Shown here piece after piece: positions 39,399 to 48,850 of a DNA stretch of 64,000 nucleotides. Positions within the stretch are counted from its first letter, which is position 1. Every line of letters starts with the position of its first letter. The stretch comes from Balanoglossus misakiensis (lineage: Eukaryota > Animalia > Hemichordata), in NCBI GenBank assembly GCA_040954595.2, contig JBECUI020000034.1, positions 62,001 to 126,000 of the forward strand, in the 5' to 3' direction. Position numbers and translations under genes: made by a program. The notes under the pieces are model-generated. The model was not told where the DNA came from. It did no database searches and saw only the letters and a program-made list of their open reading frames with translations.

Positions 39399-40058
39399 TC
39401 AAATTCTGAAGTTTACCGACATTCCCGTTTCGACAACAATAGGGGGCCATCCTCTTTGACCTTGATGCAATGAGAGACCACTGTCCATTGAGAGAAAAAA
39501 TTCCAGCCCCATGGATATGTTTTGGTTGAGTTGCATTTCTACAGTCAATAGGCTGCTGAGACCAACCAGAAAGAAGTTCAAAGAGTTGTGATAGATACTT
39601 CTTATTTCATTTTTATAATGCCCAATGTATGCGAGATGTAGCCCCCCACTGAGAAAGAAGATCGAGTCTTTCCCAAGGGCGACCTGTCCACCAAGAGTGC
39701 TATCTATCATAAATCCGGTATGGGCTGTACCTGTTCCCGACCAGAGAACAGAGCTACTTCCACGTATATCGTAGAAGTACAGACTTGCTTTCACAAGAGG
39801 CATAAGTATTGCAACTCGATAGTAAAAACCTGAGGGCAAACTTCCATTTATTCCTAATCCGATCATGAAGTCTATGGGAGGCGCCTGATCGGTATGCAGT
39901 ATCCACTCGTGAGCAAAAAGCAGAACACGAAAGTCCATTGCGACGCTCATACGACGATGTTTTTCTTCCGTATCGGAAAGGTCTTGTGCATAGGTTTGAA
40001 CTGCCAGTAGAAAAAAAAGCATTGCTATACCACTATGCAGACGATTGTGTATTATCAT
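39399..40058 (-). CDS. Hypothetical exported protein, possible small outer-membrane beta-barrel
   Basis: Signal peptide (MLFFLLAVQTYA), alternating amphipathic strands, C-terminal GMSVNFRI. Confidence 0.55.
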   Translation of the reverse strand: MIIHNRLHSGIAMLFFLLAVQTYAQDLSDTEEKHRRMSVAMDFRVLLFAHEWILHTDQAPPIDFMIGLGINGSLPSGFYYRVAILMPLVKASLYFYDIRGSSSVLWSGTGTAHTGFMIDSTLGGQVALGKDSIFFLSGGLHLAYIGHYKNEIRSIYHNSLNFFLVGLSSLLTVEMQLNQNISMGLEFFLSMDSGLSLHQGQRGWPPIVVETGMSVNFRI

Positions 40059-40059
40059 C

Positions 40060-40131
40060 AGCCAAGAGTGGGAATTGAACCCACGACCTGCTCATTACGA
40101 GTGAGCCGCTCTTCCCCTGAGCTATCTTGGC
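40060..40131 (-). tRNA. tRNA-Thr(CGT)
   Basis: Minus strand GCCAAGA/TCTTGGC acceptor and GCTCA-CTCGTAA-TGAGC anticodon arm. Confidence 0.95.
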
Positions 40132-40140
40132 AATATTATA

Positions 40141-40168
40141 TTAAGAGAATATGATATTAACCCGACAA
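40141..40168 (+). promoter_or_regulatory. sigma28-like promoter upstream of flgF
   Basis: TTAA-N16-CCCGACAA, 26 nt before the ATG. Confidence 0.45.
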
Positions 40169-40194
40169 TGTAAAGGCAGGGAGAATACAAATTA

Positions 40195-41055
40195 ATGGTA
40201 CGAGGCATATATACAGCAGCCAGCGGCATGGTCGCACAGCAGCATAGATTGGACGCATTATCAAACAATCTTGCCAATGTTAATACACATGGATACAAAC
40301 GGGATGCATCAATTTTTAAGGCTTTTCCCGAACTTTTAATTCGACGCATGAACGATGATGGGGTCTTGCAATTTCCCCTCCGTAATAAGCCGGTTGGCTC
40401 TATTGATAAATCGCCTGTAGTCGGAAAGTTGGGAACAGGGGTGGAGCAGAACGAGGTCTTCACCGTTTTTGAACAGGGAGCGGTACAAAAAACCGAGGCT
40501 CCATTTGATGTTGCACTCAATGGGAATGGATTTTTTACTGTTGAGACTCCCTACGGTAATCGGTATACCCGCAACGGGAGTTTTCAAATAGACCCAAGCG
40601 GCACCTTGGTAAGCAAGGAAGGATATCCGGTTCTTGGAGAGCAGGGGCATATACAAATAAAACATAATAACTTCGTTATTGACGAGGATGGGAAAATTTT
40701 TGTTAATCAAGTATATCAAGAAGACCCATTTCGCCTCGTTACACAGAATGAAAATCGCTGGGAAGAAACAGTCTTACTGGATCGTCTTATGGTGGTCAAT
40801 GTTGATGAACCACGATATTTACGCAAACAAGGTTCTAGTCTCTGGAATACAAGTCCTGACTCCGGTCCTGCAATGATTTCACAGGAGGGAAGACCGAAGG
40901 TTTTACAGGGTTTTCTGGAAACTGCAAACGTCAATCCGGTATTACAGATGGTGGAAATGATTGAAGTAAACAGGAATTATGAGGCAAGTCAGCGCGTAAT
41001 TCAATCGCAAGATGAGAGTACACAACAACTCATCAGCACCGTATTAAAGGTATAA
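40195..41055 (+). CDS. flgF: Flagellar basal-body rod protein FlgF (FlhO)
   Basis: MVRGIYTAASGM, SNNLANVNT.GYK, YTRNGSF, GFLETANVNPV, R.YEASQRVI. Confidence 0.9.
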   Translation: MVRGIYTAASGMVAQQHRLDALSNNLANVNTHGYKRDASIFKAFPELLIRRMNDDGVLQFPLRNKPVGSIDKSPVVGKLGTGVEQNEVFTVFEQGAVQKTEAPFDVALNGNGFFTVETPYGNRYTRNGSFQIDPSGTLVSKEGYPVLGEQGHIQIKHNNFVIDEDGKIFVNQVYQEDPFRLVTQNENRWEETVLLDRLMVVNVDEPRYLRKQGSSLWNTSPDSGPAMISQEGRPKVLQGFLETANVNPVLQMVEMIEVNRNYEASQRVIQSQDESTQQLISTVLKV

Positions 41056-41067
41056 GGAAGGAAAAAC

Positions 41068-41862
41068 ATGGTACGTTCGTTATGGACAGCTGCCTCAGGA
41101 ATGGTTGGGCAGCAATTTCACATTGATACAATTGCCAATAACTTGTCCAATGTCAATACAACTGGATTTAAGAAGAATAGAGCTGATTTTGAAGATCTGC
41201 TCTATCAGACCATGCGTACAGCTGGGACGCCTGCAACAGAGCAAACTTTGATACCGGTAGGCGTACAGGTTGGACATGGTGTAAAGACTGCAGCAACGCA
41301 GAAAATGTTTCTGCAAGGCTCTCTGCAAAATACAGGCAATGTGGCTGATATTGCTATTGAGGGCGAGGGCTTTTTTCGGGTACTGCTCTACGATGGTACC
41401 TATGCGTATACGCGCAACGGTGCGTTTCAGATTGACGCAAATCGACAAGTGGTAACTGCGAACGGGTATCGAATGCTCCCGGAAGTCGTTTTGCCTCCCG
41501 GTTTTATACGTGAATCGCTGGCAATATCTCAGGATGGTCGCGTAACTGTTCGGTTAGCAAATAACGAGGAGCCCTTTGAGGTTGCACAACTCGAACTGTA
41601 TCGATTTGTCAATCCGGTAGGTTTGCAAGCAATAGGGGAGAATTTATTTACTCAAACCCCCGCTTCCGGTGAGTCAATACCGGGGCGCCCTGCATTTGAC
41701 GGAACAGGCAAGATACTACATCGTTTTTTGGAAATGTCAAATGTGCAGCCGGTTGAGGAAATGGTAAATATGATTGTTGCACAGCGTGCGTATGAAATGA
41801 ATTCAAAGGCAATTCAAACTTCCGATACCATGCTGGGTATAGCAAATAATCTAAAGCGGTAG
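41068..41862 (+). CDS. flgG: Flagellar distal rod protein FlgG
   Basis: MVRSLWTAASGM, FEDLLYQ, GVQVGHGV, LEMSNV..VEEMVNMIVAQRAYEMNSKAIQTSD. Confidence 0.96.
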   Translation: MVRSLWTAASGMVGQQFHIDTIANNLSNVNTTGFKKNRADFEDLLYQTMRTAGTPATEQTLIPVGVQVGHGVKTAATQKMFLQGSLQNTGNVADIAIEGEGFFRVLLYDGTYAYTRNGAFQIDANRQVVTANGYRMLPEVVLPPGFIRESLAISQDGRVTVRLANNEEPFEVAQLELYRFVNPVGLQAIGENLFTQTPASGESIPGRPAFDGTGKILHRFLEMSNVQPVEEMVNMIVAQRAYEMNSKAIQTSDTMLGIANNLKR

Positions 41863-41875
41863 GAGAGATGCATCT

Positions 41876-42184
41876 ATGGATGAATTAAACGTTATCTTGG
41901 GTCATAATAATGATCTTCGGGCTATAGAAAGGCAGATGAACCCCAATCAGGGGCAAGAGCGGCTGCGGGAGGTAGCAAGCGAATTTGAATCACTCTTTGT
42001 TAAGCAAATGTTGGATACCATGCGCTCGACTCTTTCACCTGAATCACGTCTGGTATCCGGTGGCATGACCGAAGAGGTCTTTGAAGACATGCTCTACGAC
42101 GAATATGCAAAGTCAATGTCTAAAACACAGACCTTTGGTATTGCAGAGATGATTATAAAACAATTCTCCGATACGACTCCGTGA
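41876..42184 (+). CDS. flgJ: Rod-binding FlgJ (single domain, no muramidase)
   Basis: LREVASEFESLFVKQML..MR, EEVFEDMLYDEYA, GIAEMIIKQ. Confidence 0.88.
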   Translation: MDELNVILGHNNDLRAIERQMNPNQGQERLREVASEFESLFVKQMLDTMRSTLSPESRLVSGGMTEEVFEDMLYDEYAKSMSKTQTFGIAEMIIKQFSDTTP

Positions 42185-43056
42185 AAAAACATAAGAAACA
42201 TAAGAAAGAAAAACTAAAAACCTATCTTCTTTATGGTCTCTATACACTGATTATAGTTGGTTTTTTTCTGTATGTACTGCCTGTTATCATGCCCCCCTTC
42301 CCGAGACATACACTTCCTGAATATGCGGAAAAAGAGCAGGTAGAGAAGGGCAGCAGCACGGAAGAAGAGAGCGCAATGCCTATGCTTTACCTCGTCCTCG
42401 ATGATGCTGGGCACAATCTTGAAGTTGCAGATCGATTTCTTCGTCTTCCCATTCCCATAACCCTGGCTATTCTTCCTTATCTGCCGTACAGCGATCAAGT
42501 TAAAGACTTGGTTCATCAATATGAACAGCAATATATCCTGCATTTCCCAATGGAACCGATTGGATCGGCAGATCCAGGACCTTATGCCTTGTTGACCAAG
42601 CAGAATGATAGTGAACTTATCAAGAGAATGGAAACAGTCTTGAACAGTATGTCCGCCGCTCAGGGCATCAACAATCACATGGGATCAAAGGCAACAGCTG
42701 ATATGCGTGTTATGAATGTAGTATTCAGTGAGTTAGAAAAAAGAAATATGTTTTTTCTTGATAGCAGGACTACCACAGACAGCGTTGTACGCAGCGTAGC
42801 AAAAAAATACACTGTTCCCACGTTGGAACGACATGTCTTTCTCGATAACACAGCAGATGAGATTGAAAAGTATTTGCATATAGCATTAAGCATTGCCAAG
42901 AAAAATGGATATGCCATTATGATTGGGCATGTCGGCACAACCCCTCTCTACGATCTACTGCTTACAGAAATAGTGCGAATTCAATCGGAAGGATTCGTCT
43001 TTGCGTATCTCAGTGATCTTGCTGGAGAACAGAGATATGACGGTTCTCGGCATTGA
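42181..43056 (+). CDS. Divergent polysaccharide deacetylase family protein
   Basis: N-terminal TM, LVLDDAG, LHFPMEP, GINNHMGS, FFLDSRT, IMIGH. Confidence 0.9.
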   Translation: MKKHKKHKKEKLKTYLLYGLYTLIIVGFFLYVLPVIMPPFPRHTLPEYAEKEQVEKGSSTEEESAMPMLYLVLDDAGHNLEVADRFLRLPIPITLAILPYLPYSDQVKDLVHQYEQQYILHFPMEPIGSADPGPYALLTKQNDSELIKRMETVLNSMSAAQGINNHMGSKATADMRVMNVVFSELEKRNMFFLDSRTTTDSVVRSVAKKYTVPTLERHVFLDNTADEIEKYLHIALSIAKKNGYAIMIGHVGTTPLYDLLLTEIVRIQSEGFVFAYLSDLAGEQRYDGSRH

Positions 43057-44029
43057 AACATCCTGCGATGAGTGTTCAGTTGCGCTCATGGCAAACGGTA
43101 CATTGCTGTCAATGCACACAGCAAGCCAAGCCGATGAGCATGCCCCGTATCATGGCATTGTTCCCGAAGTTGCTTCCCGCAGGCATGTAGAACTTATTAG
43201 CACAGTTTGCCGACATGTGCTGGATGGATACGATCTTGCCGATGTTGAGGGCATTGCAGTTACAAATAGACCCGGACTGAGTGGTTCCCTTGCGGTCGGA
43301 TTGAATTTTGCTAAAGCACTCTCCTATGCCTGTGATATTCCTTTTATTGCGGTGAATCATCTGCTTGCACATGCCTATGCTGTTCAGTTGGAAAAAGAAA
43401 TCCCCTATCCATACATTGTCTTTATCGTTTCGGGAGGTCATACCCTTCTGGCAGAATGCCGTTCCTATGATACGGTGCTTCTTATCGGTGAGACAGTTGA
43501 TGATGCATGTGGAGAGGTCTTTGATAAGGTTGCCGATTACCTGGGGTTAGGTTACCCGGGAGCAGCGGCCCTTGATGCATTAGCAAGGCAAGGGAATCCG
43601 CGTTCCTATGCTTTTCCCCATGCAGTTGTAACCGGCAAACCCTATCATTTGTCTTACTCCGGGCTGAAAACCGCCGTTATGCATCAACGAAGTTCTTTTG
43701 CGGTGCGGGGGGGCAGTGAGAAAGCAGAAGATATTGCCGCCTCATTTGAGCGGGTTGCTATTGATATGTTATTTAAGCGCTTAGAGCTACTCCGAAAAGA
43801 AGGCAATTCTTTGCCGGTAGTCTTTTGTGGTGGTGTGGCATCGAATAGCTATCTTCGTAGTAAGATAGAATCGGCATCGGAGCAAGAGATATTCATGCCC
43901 TCCATGCATTTCTGCGTAGACAACGGCGCAATGATTGCAGCGCTGGGAAGCGAATATCTTCGGCGAAACATACACAGCTCCTACACTGTTGATGTAGTTT
44001 CGCGCACACCATTTCCTTCTTTAACTTGA
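43037..44029 (+). CDS. tsaD: t6A tRNA threonylcarbamoyltransferase TsaD
   Basis: LGIETSCDE, GIVPEVASRRH, HLLAH, VSGGHT, DDACGEVFDK, GGVASN, DNGAMIA. Confidence 0.96.
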   Translation: MTVLGIETSCDECSVALMANGTLLSMHTASQADEHAPYHGIVPEVASRRHVELISTVCRHVLDGYDLADVEGIAVTNRPGLSGSLAVGLNFAKALSYACDIPFIAVNHLLAHAYAVQLEKEIPYPYIVFIVSGGHTLLAECRSYDTVLLIGETVDDACGEVFDKVADYLGLGYPGAAALDALARQGNPRSYAFPHAVVTGKPYHLSYSGLKTAVMHQRSSFAVRGGSEKAEDIAASFERVAIDMLFKRLELLRKEGNSLPVVFCGGVASNSYLRSKIESASEQEIFMPSMHFCVDNGAMIAALGSEYLRRNIHSSYTVDVVSRTPFPSLT

Positions 44030-44054
44030 CCTTTCCGTTCACATACATTAAACT
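44026..44054 (+). promoter_or_regulatory. sigma70-type promoter abutting the apt start codon (leaderless geometry)
   Basis: TTGACC-N17-TAAACT-N6-ATG. Confidence 0.6.
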
Positions 44055-44060
44055 GAACAA

Positions 44061-44594
44061 ATGGTGGAAGCTAGAAGGCAAATTGATGATGCTATTATCC
44101 GTGTTCCTGATTTTCCTCGTCCGGGAGTTTTGTTTTACGATATTACCGGTTTATTTCTCTCTCCTAAGGCTTTTCAGTATTGTACGGATGAAATGTACGC
44201 GCTCTATAAAGATCGTGGCATAGATGCGATTGCAACTATTGAATCTCGTGGCTTTGTTTTTGCAACTCCACTTGCATTGCGTTTGGGAATACCGCTTATT
44301 TTACTTCGAAAGAGTGGAAAATTACCGAGAAAAACCCGTGCAATATCATATGAGCTGGAATATGGTGTTGAAACCATGGAGGTTCACTTAGATGATGTCA
44401 AGAAGGGAAACAGATTCCTAATTGTTGATGATATTCTTGCAACGGGTGGAACGACAGAGGCTGCCTGCAAGTTGTTAGAGCAAGGAGGGGGTGAGGTAGT
44501 TTCTATTTTTGCAGTTATTGCGCTTGCATTCCTTCCGTACAAAGAACGCTTAGCTGGTTATACGGTTGAGCATCTCATAGAATACCAAGAGTAA
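44061..44594 (+). CDS. apt: Adenine phosphoribosyltransferase
   Basis: PDFPRPGVLFYDIT, ESRGF, RKSGKLP, YELEYG, VDDILATGGT. Confidence 0.96.
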   Translation: MVEARRQIDDAIIRVPDFPRPGVLFYDITGLFLSPKAFQYCTDEMYALYKDRGIDAIATIESRGFVFATPLALRLGIPLILLRKSGKLPRKTRAISYELEYGVETMEVHLDDVKKGNRFLIVDDILATGGTTEAACKLLEQGGGEVVSIFAVIALAFLPYKERLAGYTVEHLIEYQE

Positions 44595-44598
44595 ATAC

Positions 44599-44627
44599 TT
44601 GACAGTTTCTGATTTGCCTGTTATGAT
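44599..44627 (+). promoter_or_regulatory. sigma70-type promoter for rpmF-acpP-rnc
   Basis: TTGACA-N17-TATGAT with extended -10 TG. Confidence 0.7.
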
Positions 44628-44657
44628 AAAAAAAATAACGAAGAAAGGACTAGAATA

Positions 44658-44846
44658 ATGGCGGTGCCAAAACGAAAAGCTTCTAAATCTCGTTCTCGAA
44701 GAAAGCATGCACATAACAACCCGACAGTTGTTGCACGTATCAGCCTTTCACCCGAAAGTGGTGAATATGTACGTTCTCATCGGGTCGATATGAAAAGTGG
44801 AATGTATCGGGGAAAAAAAGTGTTTGATCCGGAAGAATTAGATTAA
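44658..44846 (+). CDS. rpmF: 50S ribosomal protein L32 (cysteine-free form)
   Basis: MAVPKRKASKSRSRRK, SGEYVRSHRV, GMYRG. Confidence 0.93.
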   Translation: MAVPKRKASKSRSRRKHAHNNPTVVARISLSPESGEYVRSHRVDMKSGMYRGKKVFDPEELD

Positions 44847-44874
44847 CAATGTGAGCAAATAAGGAGAAAGTATA

Positions 44875-45114
44875 ATGGATGAACTATTTGAAAAAATGAA
44901 AAAACTTATTGCAGAAAAATTAGAGATTGAAGAGTCAAAAATTACGCTTGATTCTTCATTTAATCAAGATCTTGGAGCTGATAGCCTTGATACATATGAA
45001 CTTGTATATGCGATTGAAGAAGAAATAGGTATATCATTGCCTGATGAAAAAGCAAGTGAGTTTGAAACGGTGAGAGATGTACTTAATTTTTTGAAATCAC
45101 AGCAAAGTGAATAA
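44875..45114 (+). CDS. acpP: Acyl carrier protein
   Basis: DLGADSLD phosphopantetheine motif. Confidence 0.96.
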   Translation: MDELFEKMKKLIAEKLEIEESKITLDSSFNQDLGADSLDTYELVYAIEEEIGISLPDEKASEFETVRDVLNFLKSQQSE

Positions 45115-45124
45115 GGTTTAATAT

Positions 45125-45913
45125 TTGTCTTCGTCTTTACGATACCTCTTTCAATACCCGTTTAAGGATGTTGAGGGGCTAGACTATGATACCGAACGGA
45201 AGAAAGTTTTAAAATCGTTTGAGTCCATTGCAGGAATTCGATTTAAAAAGATGAAACTCTTGAACCTTGCTTTTGTTCACCGTTCTTATGGGAATGAACA
45301 AAAAGAACGGTTTAACAACGAAACGCTGGAATTTTTGGGTGATGCAGTCTTGTCCCTAGCAATTTCGGAATATCTCTGGCGAACATATCCTGATAAACAG
45401 GAAGGAGATTTTACTAAGGTTCGTTCGTTTGTTGTATCAGCTGGTGCCCTTTCCGACCTTGCGCGTCGCCTAAGGCTGCCTCGCTTTTTATTGGTGGGGC
45501 GTGGTGAAAAACTAACTGGTGGAAAGGACAAATCTACTATTCTTGCAGATGCCATGGAGGCCGTGTTTGGTGCCTACTTTTTAGATTCCGGGTTTGAAAA
45601 GGCGAAACGTTTTATAGTGAATTGCCTAAAGCCTGAGATAGAAAAGGTATTTGAGAATCGCCATACGAGAGATTACAAATCTCTGTTGCAATTACTTGGT
45701 CAACAAGAATTTAGAAAAAATCCTATATATCGTGTCATTAAGCGAACCGGACCGGCTCATCGTAAAACCTTTTGGACTGAAGTTCGTCTAGGGCAGCGCA
45801 TTATCGGTTCAGGAAAGGGCCAGAGTAAGAAAGAGTCCGAACAAAGTGCAGCATCAGTTGCCTATGAGCTCATTTGCAAAGAGCGTAAAATAAACCCCAA
45901 GACGCAGTTTTAA
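45125..45913 (+). CDS. rnc: Ribonuclease III
   Basis: AFVHRSY, NETLEFLGDAVL, LADAMEAVFGA, dsRBD (DYKSLLQ, SKKESEQSAA). Confidence 0.96.
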   Translation: MSSSLRYLFQYPFKDVEGLDYDTERKKVLKSFESIAGIRFKKMKLLNLAFVHRSYGNEQKERFNNETLEFLGDAVLSLAISEYLWRTYPDKQEGDFTKVRSFVVSAGALSDLARRLRLPRFLLVGRGEKLTGGKDKSTILADAMEAVFGAYFLDSGFEKAKRFIVNCLKPEIEKVFENRHTRDYKSLLQLLGQQEFRKNPIYRVIKRTGPAHRKTFWTEVRLGQRIIGSGKGQSKKESEQSAASVAYELICKERKINPKTQF

Positions 45914-47121
45914 CGTTTGCTTTGATAGTATCGGCGACACTCTTTCAAAAGTTTCTCTGCTGTATTATTTTCTGGTTTCTTCAAGACTAGTTGTAATGAA
46001 TGCTGGAGCAGTTCTCCCAGTATCGGTCCTGACTGGATCTGCAATGCTTGCATAATGTCTTTTCCGTTAATTGCTAGTTCGCTAATATTCAGCGGATGTG
46101 GCAGTTGTTCCATAATACGAGTTGCTACCTGTTCTGCTTCCTCCTTATTAGGGTAAAGGGCGGGTAATAAGGCAGTGAACTTGGTCAATAAGGAACGACC
46201 AAGTTGGGAAAGGGAAGTGCGTAACTTGGCATCACTTTGTTCCGATACATCTTCAATGCTTAGCATCTCATGTAGCTTACTCACTTCTTTTATTACCTTG
46301 TTTGGCATTAATAAGGCTTTGAGATACTGTATTACTAAGCCTGTGCTTATTTTCGTTGTATAATAGTAGAGGGCAATTTTGCTTTCCGGCAATGGTGGGC
46401 AGACTTGATCGATATTCGAGCATAGCGCTCTTCTTTGTATCGGTGGCAGGTAGGGTTGCAATAAAGCGCTTTCTTCAAGAACGTTCAATGCCTTGAACAG
46501 GTGCTTGCTTGCAAATATTTTTAGCAGTTCTTCGCGGATACGTTCTTTTGAAATTTTTTCAATAAGTTTGCGCTGTCTCATCAGGGCATGGAATGTTTCT
46601 GGTACTATAGTGAAATTTAATGTAGCTGAAAAACGAATAGCTCGTAACATGCGCAAAGGATCCTCGGAAAACCGGTGGTCAGCATTGCCTATGGTGCGAA
46701 TAATGCCCTTTTTTAGATCACCTTGCCCATCAAAAGGATCGAGTAGTTCCTCTCGAGAAATACTATATGCCATGGCATTAATGGTAAAATCACGTCGTTG
46801 CAGATCGGTATGGATGTCGGCATTGAAGTCAACGTTTTCCGGATGCCTTCTGTCCCGATAGAACCCATCGCGCCGAAAGGTTGTTATCTCGAATGATTGC
46901 CTTTTTCTCCGTATAGTAACGGTTCCATGTGCAATGCCTGTTGGTATGACTGCACTGAACATTTTTTGAATTTCCTCTGGTCGGGCATTGCTTGCAAGAT
47001 CAAAGTCTCCAGGAGGCAGACCAAGAAGCATGTTACGAATTGATCCACCAACAAGAAATACTTGGTAGCCTTGTTCAGTAAGTATCGTGTTTATTTCCAG
47101 TACTGCTGTAGGTAAGTGCAT
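45910..47121 (-). CDS. cca: CCA tRNA nucleotidyltransferase
   Basis: VGGSIRN..L, DFDLA, EITTFRRDG.Y.D.RHP, DLQRRDFTINAM, EDPLRMLRAIRF, ERIREEL. Confidence 0.92.
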   Translation of the reverse strand: MHLPTAVLEINTILTEQGYQVFLVGGSIRNMLLGLPPGDFDLASNARPEEIQKMFSAVIPTGIAHGTVTIRRKRQSFEITTFRRDGFYRDRRHPENVDFNADIHTDLQRRDFTINAMAYSISREELLDPFDGQGDLKKGIIRTIGNADHRFSEDPLRMLRAIRFSATLNFTIVPETFHALMRQRKLIEKISKERIREELLKIFASKHLFKALNVLEESALLQPYLPPIQRRALCSNIDQVCPPLPESKIALYYYTTKISTGLVIQYLKALLMPNKVIKEVSKLHEMLSIEDVSEQSDAKLRTSLSQLGRSLLTKFTALLPALYPNKEEAEQVATRIMEQLPHPLNISELAINGKDIMQALQIQSGPILGELLQHSLQLVLKKPENNTAEKLLKECRRYYQSKR

Positions 47122-47192
47122 AGAATTTGTTTCGTATAATCACTTATTATAAGCAGGCAAAAGAGTACTGGTCAAGGTTATGGGCAGAATAC

Positions 47193-47223
47193 AAAAAAAA
47201 ACGCGATCCGAAGACCGCGTTTG
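47193..47223 (-). terminator. Intrinsic terminator of flaB
   Basis: Minus strand ACGCGGTC-TTCG-GATCGCGT followed by a T run. Confidence 0.85.
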
Positions 47224-47231
47224 TAATAAGC

Positions 47232-48105
47232 CTATCGAAGAAGATCGAGTACTATTCTTGCTTTCTGGTTTGCTTGCGCCAACATAGCATTTGCAGATTG
47301 CAACAGTATCTGGTTCTTTGTATAGACAGATATCTCACGAGCCATATCAACATCTCGGATTTGAGATTCTGCGGCTTGGAGATTCTCTGCACCGATGCTG
47401 ATTCCTTGCCTACTCAACTCCAGACGGTTTTGGTAGGCTCCGAGATCGGCACGTTGCTTACTGACCTTTTTCAGTGCATCATCAACAAGTCCAATTGTTG
47501 CATTTGCACTGTCGGGTGTCGAAAGGGAAATAAACGTAGCAGAATGGCTAAAAACCATTTGCCTGTTGCAGCCCCAGACCCTGTGCCGTCATGGTGCCGA
47601 TAAAGACCGCTTCTCGCTGGTCCATATTTGCACCAATGTGGAACCACATACTTGCAGTAACAACATTTGTTCCCGTTTGTCGAGCAAAACGCCCGGTAAA
47701 CAGATTCATGCCGTTAAACTGTGCATGTGATGCAACACGGTTGAGTTCGTCAACAAGCTGCGATATTTCGACTTGAATTTGCATCCGATCCTCGTTTGTA
47801 TAGATACCGTTTGATGCCTGCACCGAAAGTTCTCGTATTCGGTGAAGAACATCTTGGGTTTCTTGTAGATATCCTTCCGCCGTCTGGATAAATGATATGC
47901 CGTTTGCTGCGTTTCTTTCGGCTTGTTGCAGTCCACGTATTTGTGCACGCATTTTTTCCGAAACAGCAAGACCAGATGCATCATCACCAGCACGGTTTAT
48001 TCGAAATCCTGACGAGAGTTTTTCCAAACTCTTGTCCACTGCAATGTTCTGAAACTTCTCGCTTCTGTGAGCAAACATTGCACTCAGATTATGGGTAATT
48101 ATCAT
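47232..48105 (-). CDS. flaB: Periplasmic flagellar filament core protein FlaB (one frameshift at ~47550)
   Basis: [75 protein letters not shown]; an extra base in an A5 run splits the ORF. Confidence 0.95.
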
Positions 48106-48108
48106 ACA

Positions 48109-48144
48109 ATCCTCCTTGATTGTCTTATGGACATCCTTGTCCAT
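48109..48144 (-). promoter_or_regulatory. Putative CsrA-binding sites in the flaB leader
   Basis: Hairpin AUGGAC-AAGGAU-GUCCAU presenting GGA, plus a second GGA within the SD (CAAGGAGGAU). Confidence 0.75.
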
Positions 48145-48170
48145 TTGCCGTCAACGACGGTCTATTATTA

Positions 48171-48197
48171 TAGTCGGAGTTTATTCGTATCACTTAA
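48171..48197 (-). promoter_or_regulatory. sigma28 promoter of flaB
   Basis: Minus strand TTAA-N15-TCCGACTA, resembling treponemal flaB promoters. Confidence 0.75.
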
Positions 48198-48228
48198 GTA
48201 TTTTTATCTTTTTCGATATACTCCTTTT

Positions 48229-48840
48229 ATGAAGAAGGCTTTGATTCTTACAGGCGGAAAAGCACCTGCCAGTCTTGATTTACAATTTTCAGAGTACACT
48301 GTTATAGCTGCCGATTCCGGGCTGGAACTTACCTCTCGCTACGGCATATCAGCTGATTTCTATGTCGGTGACAATGATTCATTGAAACAACAAAGTTTAC
48401 TGCATGCGCTGCCCGATGATCGGAAACGGATATTTTCTATGTATAAAGACTATACCGATACCGAACTCGCCATTTCCCTAGCAGCAGAACTCTCTTGTAC
48501 CGAGATCAGCATTGTCGGAGGCGGCGGAAATCGTGAAGATCATTTTCTTGCCATTCTTTCTCTCTTTGAACGGGATATGCATCCGCGGTACTGGTATACA
48601 GATATGAGTTATATGGAATGTATTGATGATTCATGCACGATTGTCAATCATTCGGGGGCTCTCGTATCCTTTTTTCCACTGGGAATTTTGCCTTGTCGGG
48701 CAAAAAGTAAGGGATTACAGTGGAATTTGAACAATGGTACTTTACAAAAAGGTCTTTTTAGTGTAAGTAATATTATTGTAGGTAATGTATGCAAAGTATA
48801 CGTGGAACAAGGCAGACTTCTCATGATTCTCAATCGGTAG
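48229..48840 (+). CDS. thiN: Thiamine diphosphokinase
   Basis: ALILTGG, IAADSG, VGDNDS, KDYTDTELAI, GGGGNREDH, GLQWNL, SVSN. Confidence 0.9.
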   Translation: MKKALILTGGKAPASLDLQFSEYTVIAADSGLELTSRYGISADFYVGDNDSLKQQSLLHALPDDRKRIFSMYKDYTDTELAISLAAELSCTEISIVGGGGNREDHFLAILSLFERDMHPRYWYTDMSYMECIDDSCTIVNHSGALVSFFPLGILPCRAKSKGLQWNLNNGTLQKGLFSVSNIIVGNVCKVYVEQGRLLMILNR

Positions 48841-48850
48841 AACAAAAAAG

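Noticed and set aside
47540-47560. Programmed frameshift or phase variation of flaB
   Set aside because: The run is only 5 nt, has no stimulatory structure, and lies in a zone with many similar indels; sequencing error is more parsimonious.
48145-48228. TPP riboswitch upstream of thiN
   Set aside because: No CUGAGA/AUACCUG core; the short gap is occupied by the flaB sigma28 promoter and the thiN -10 box.
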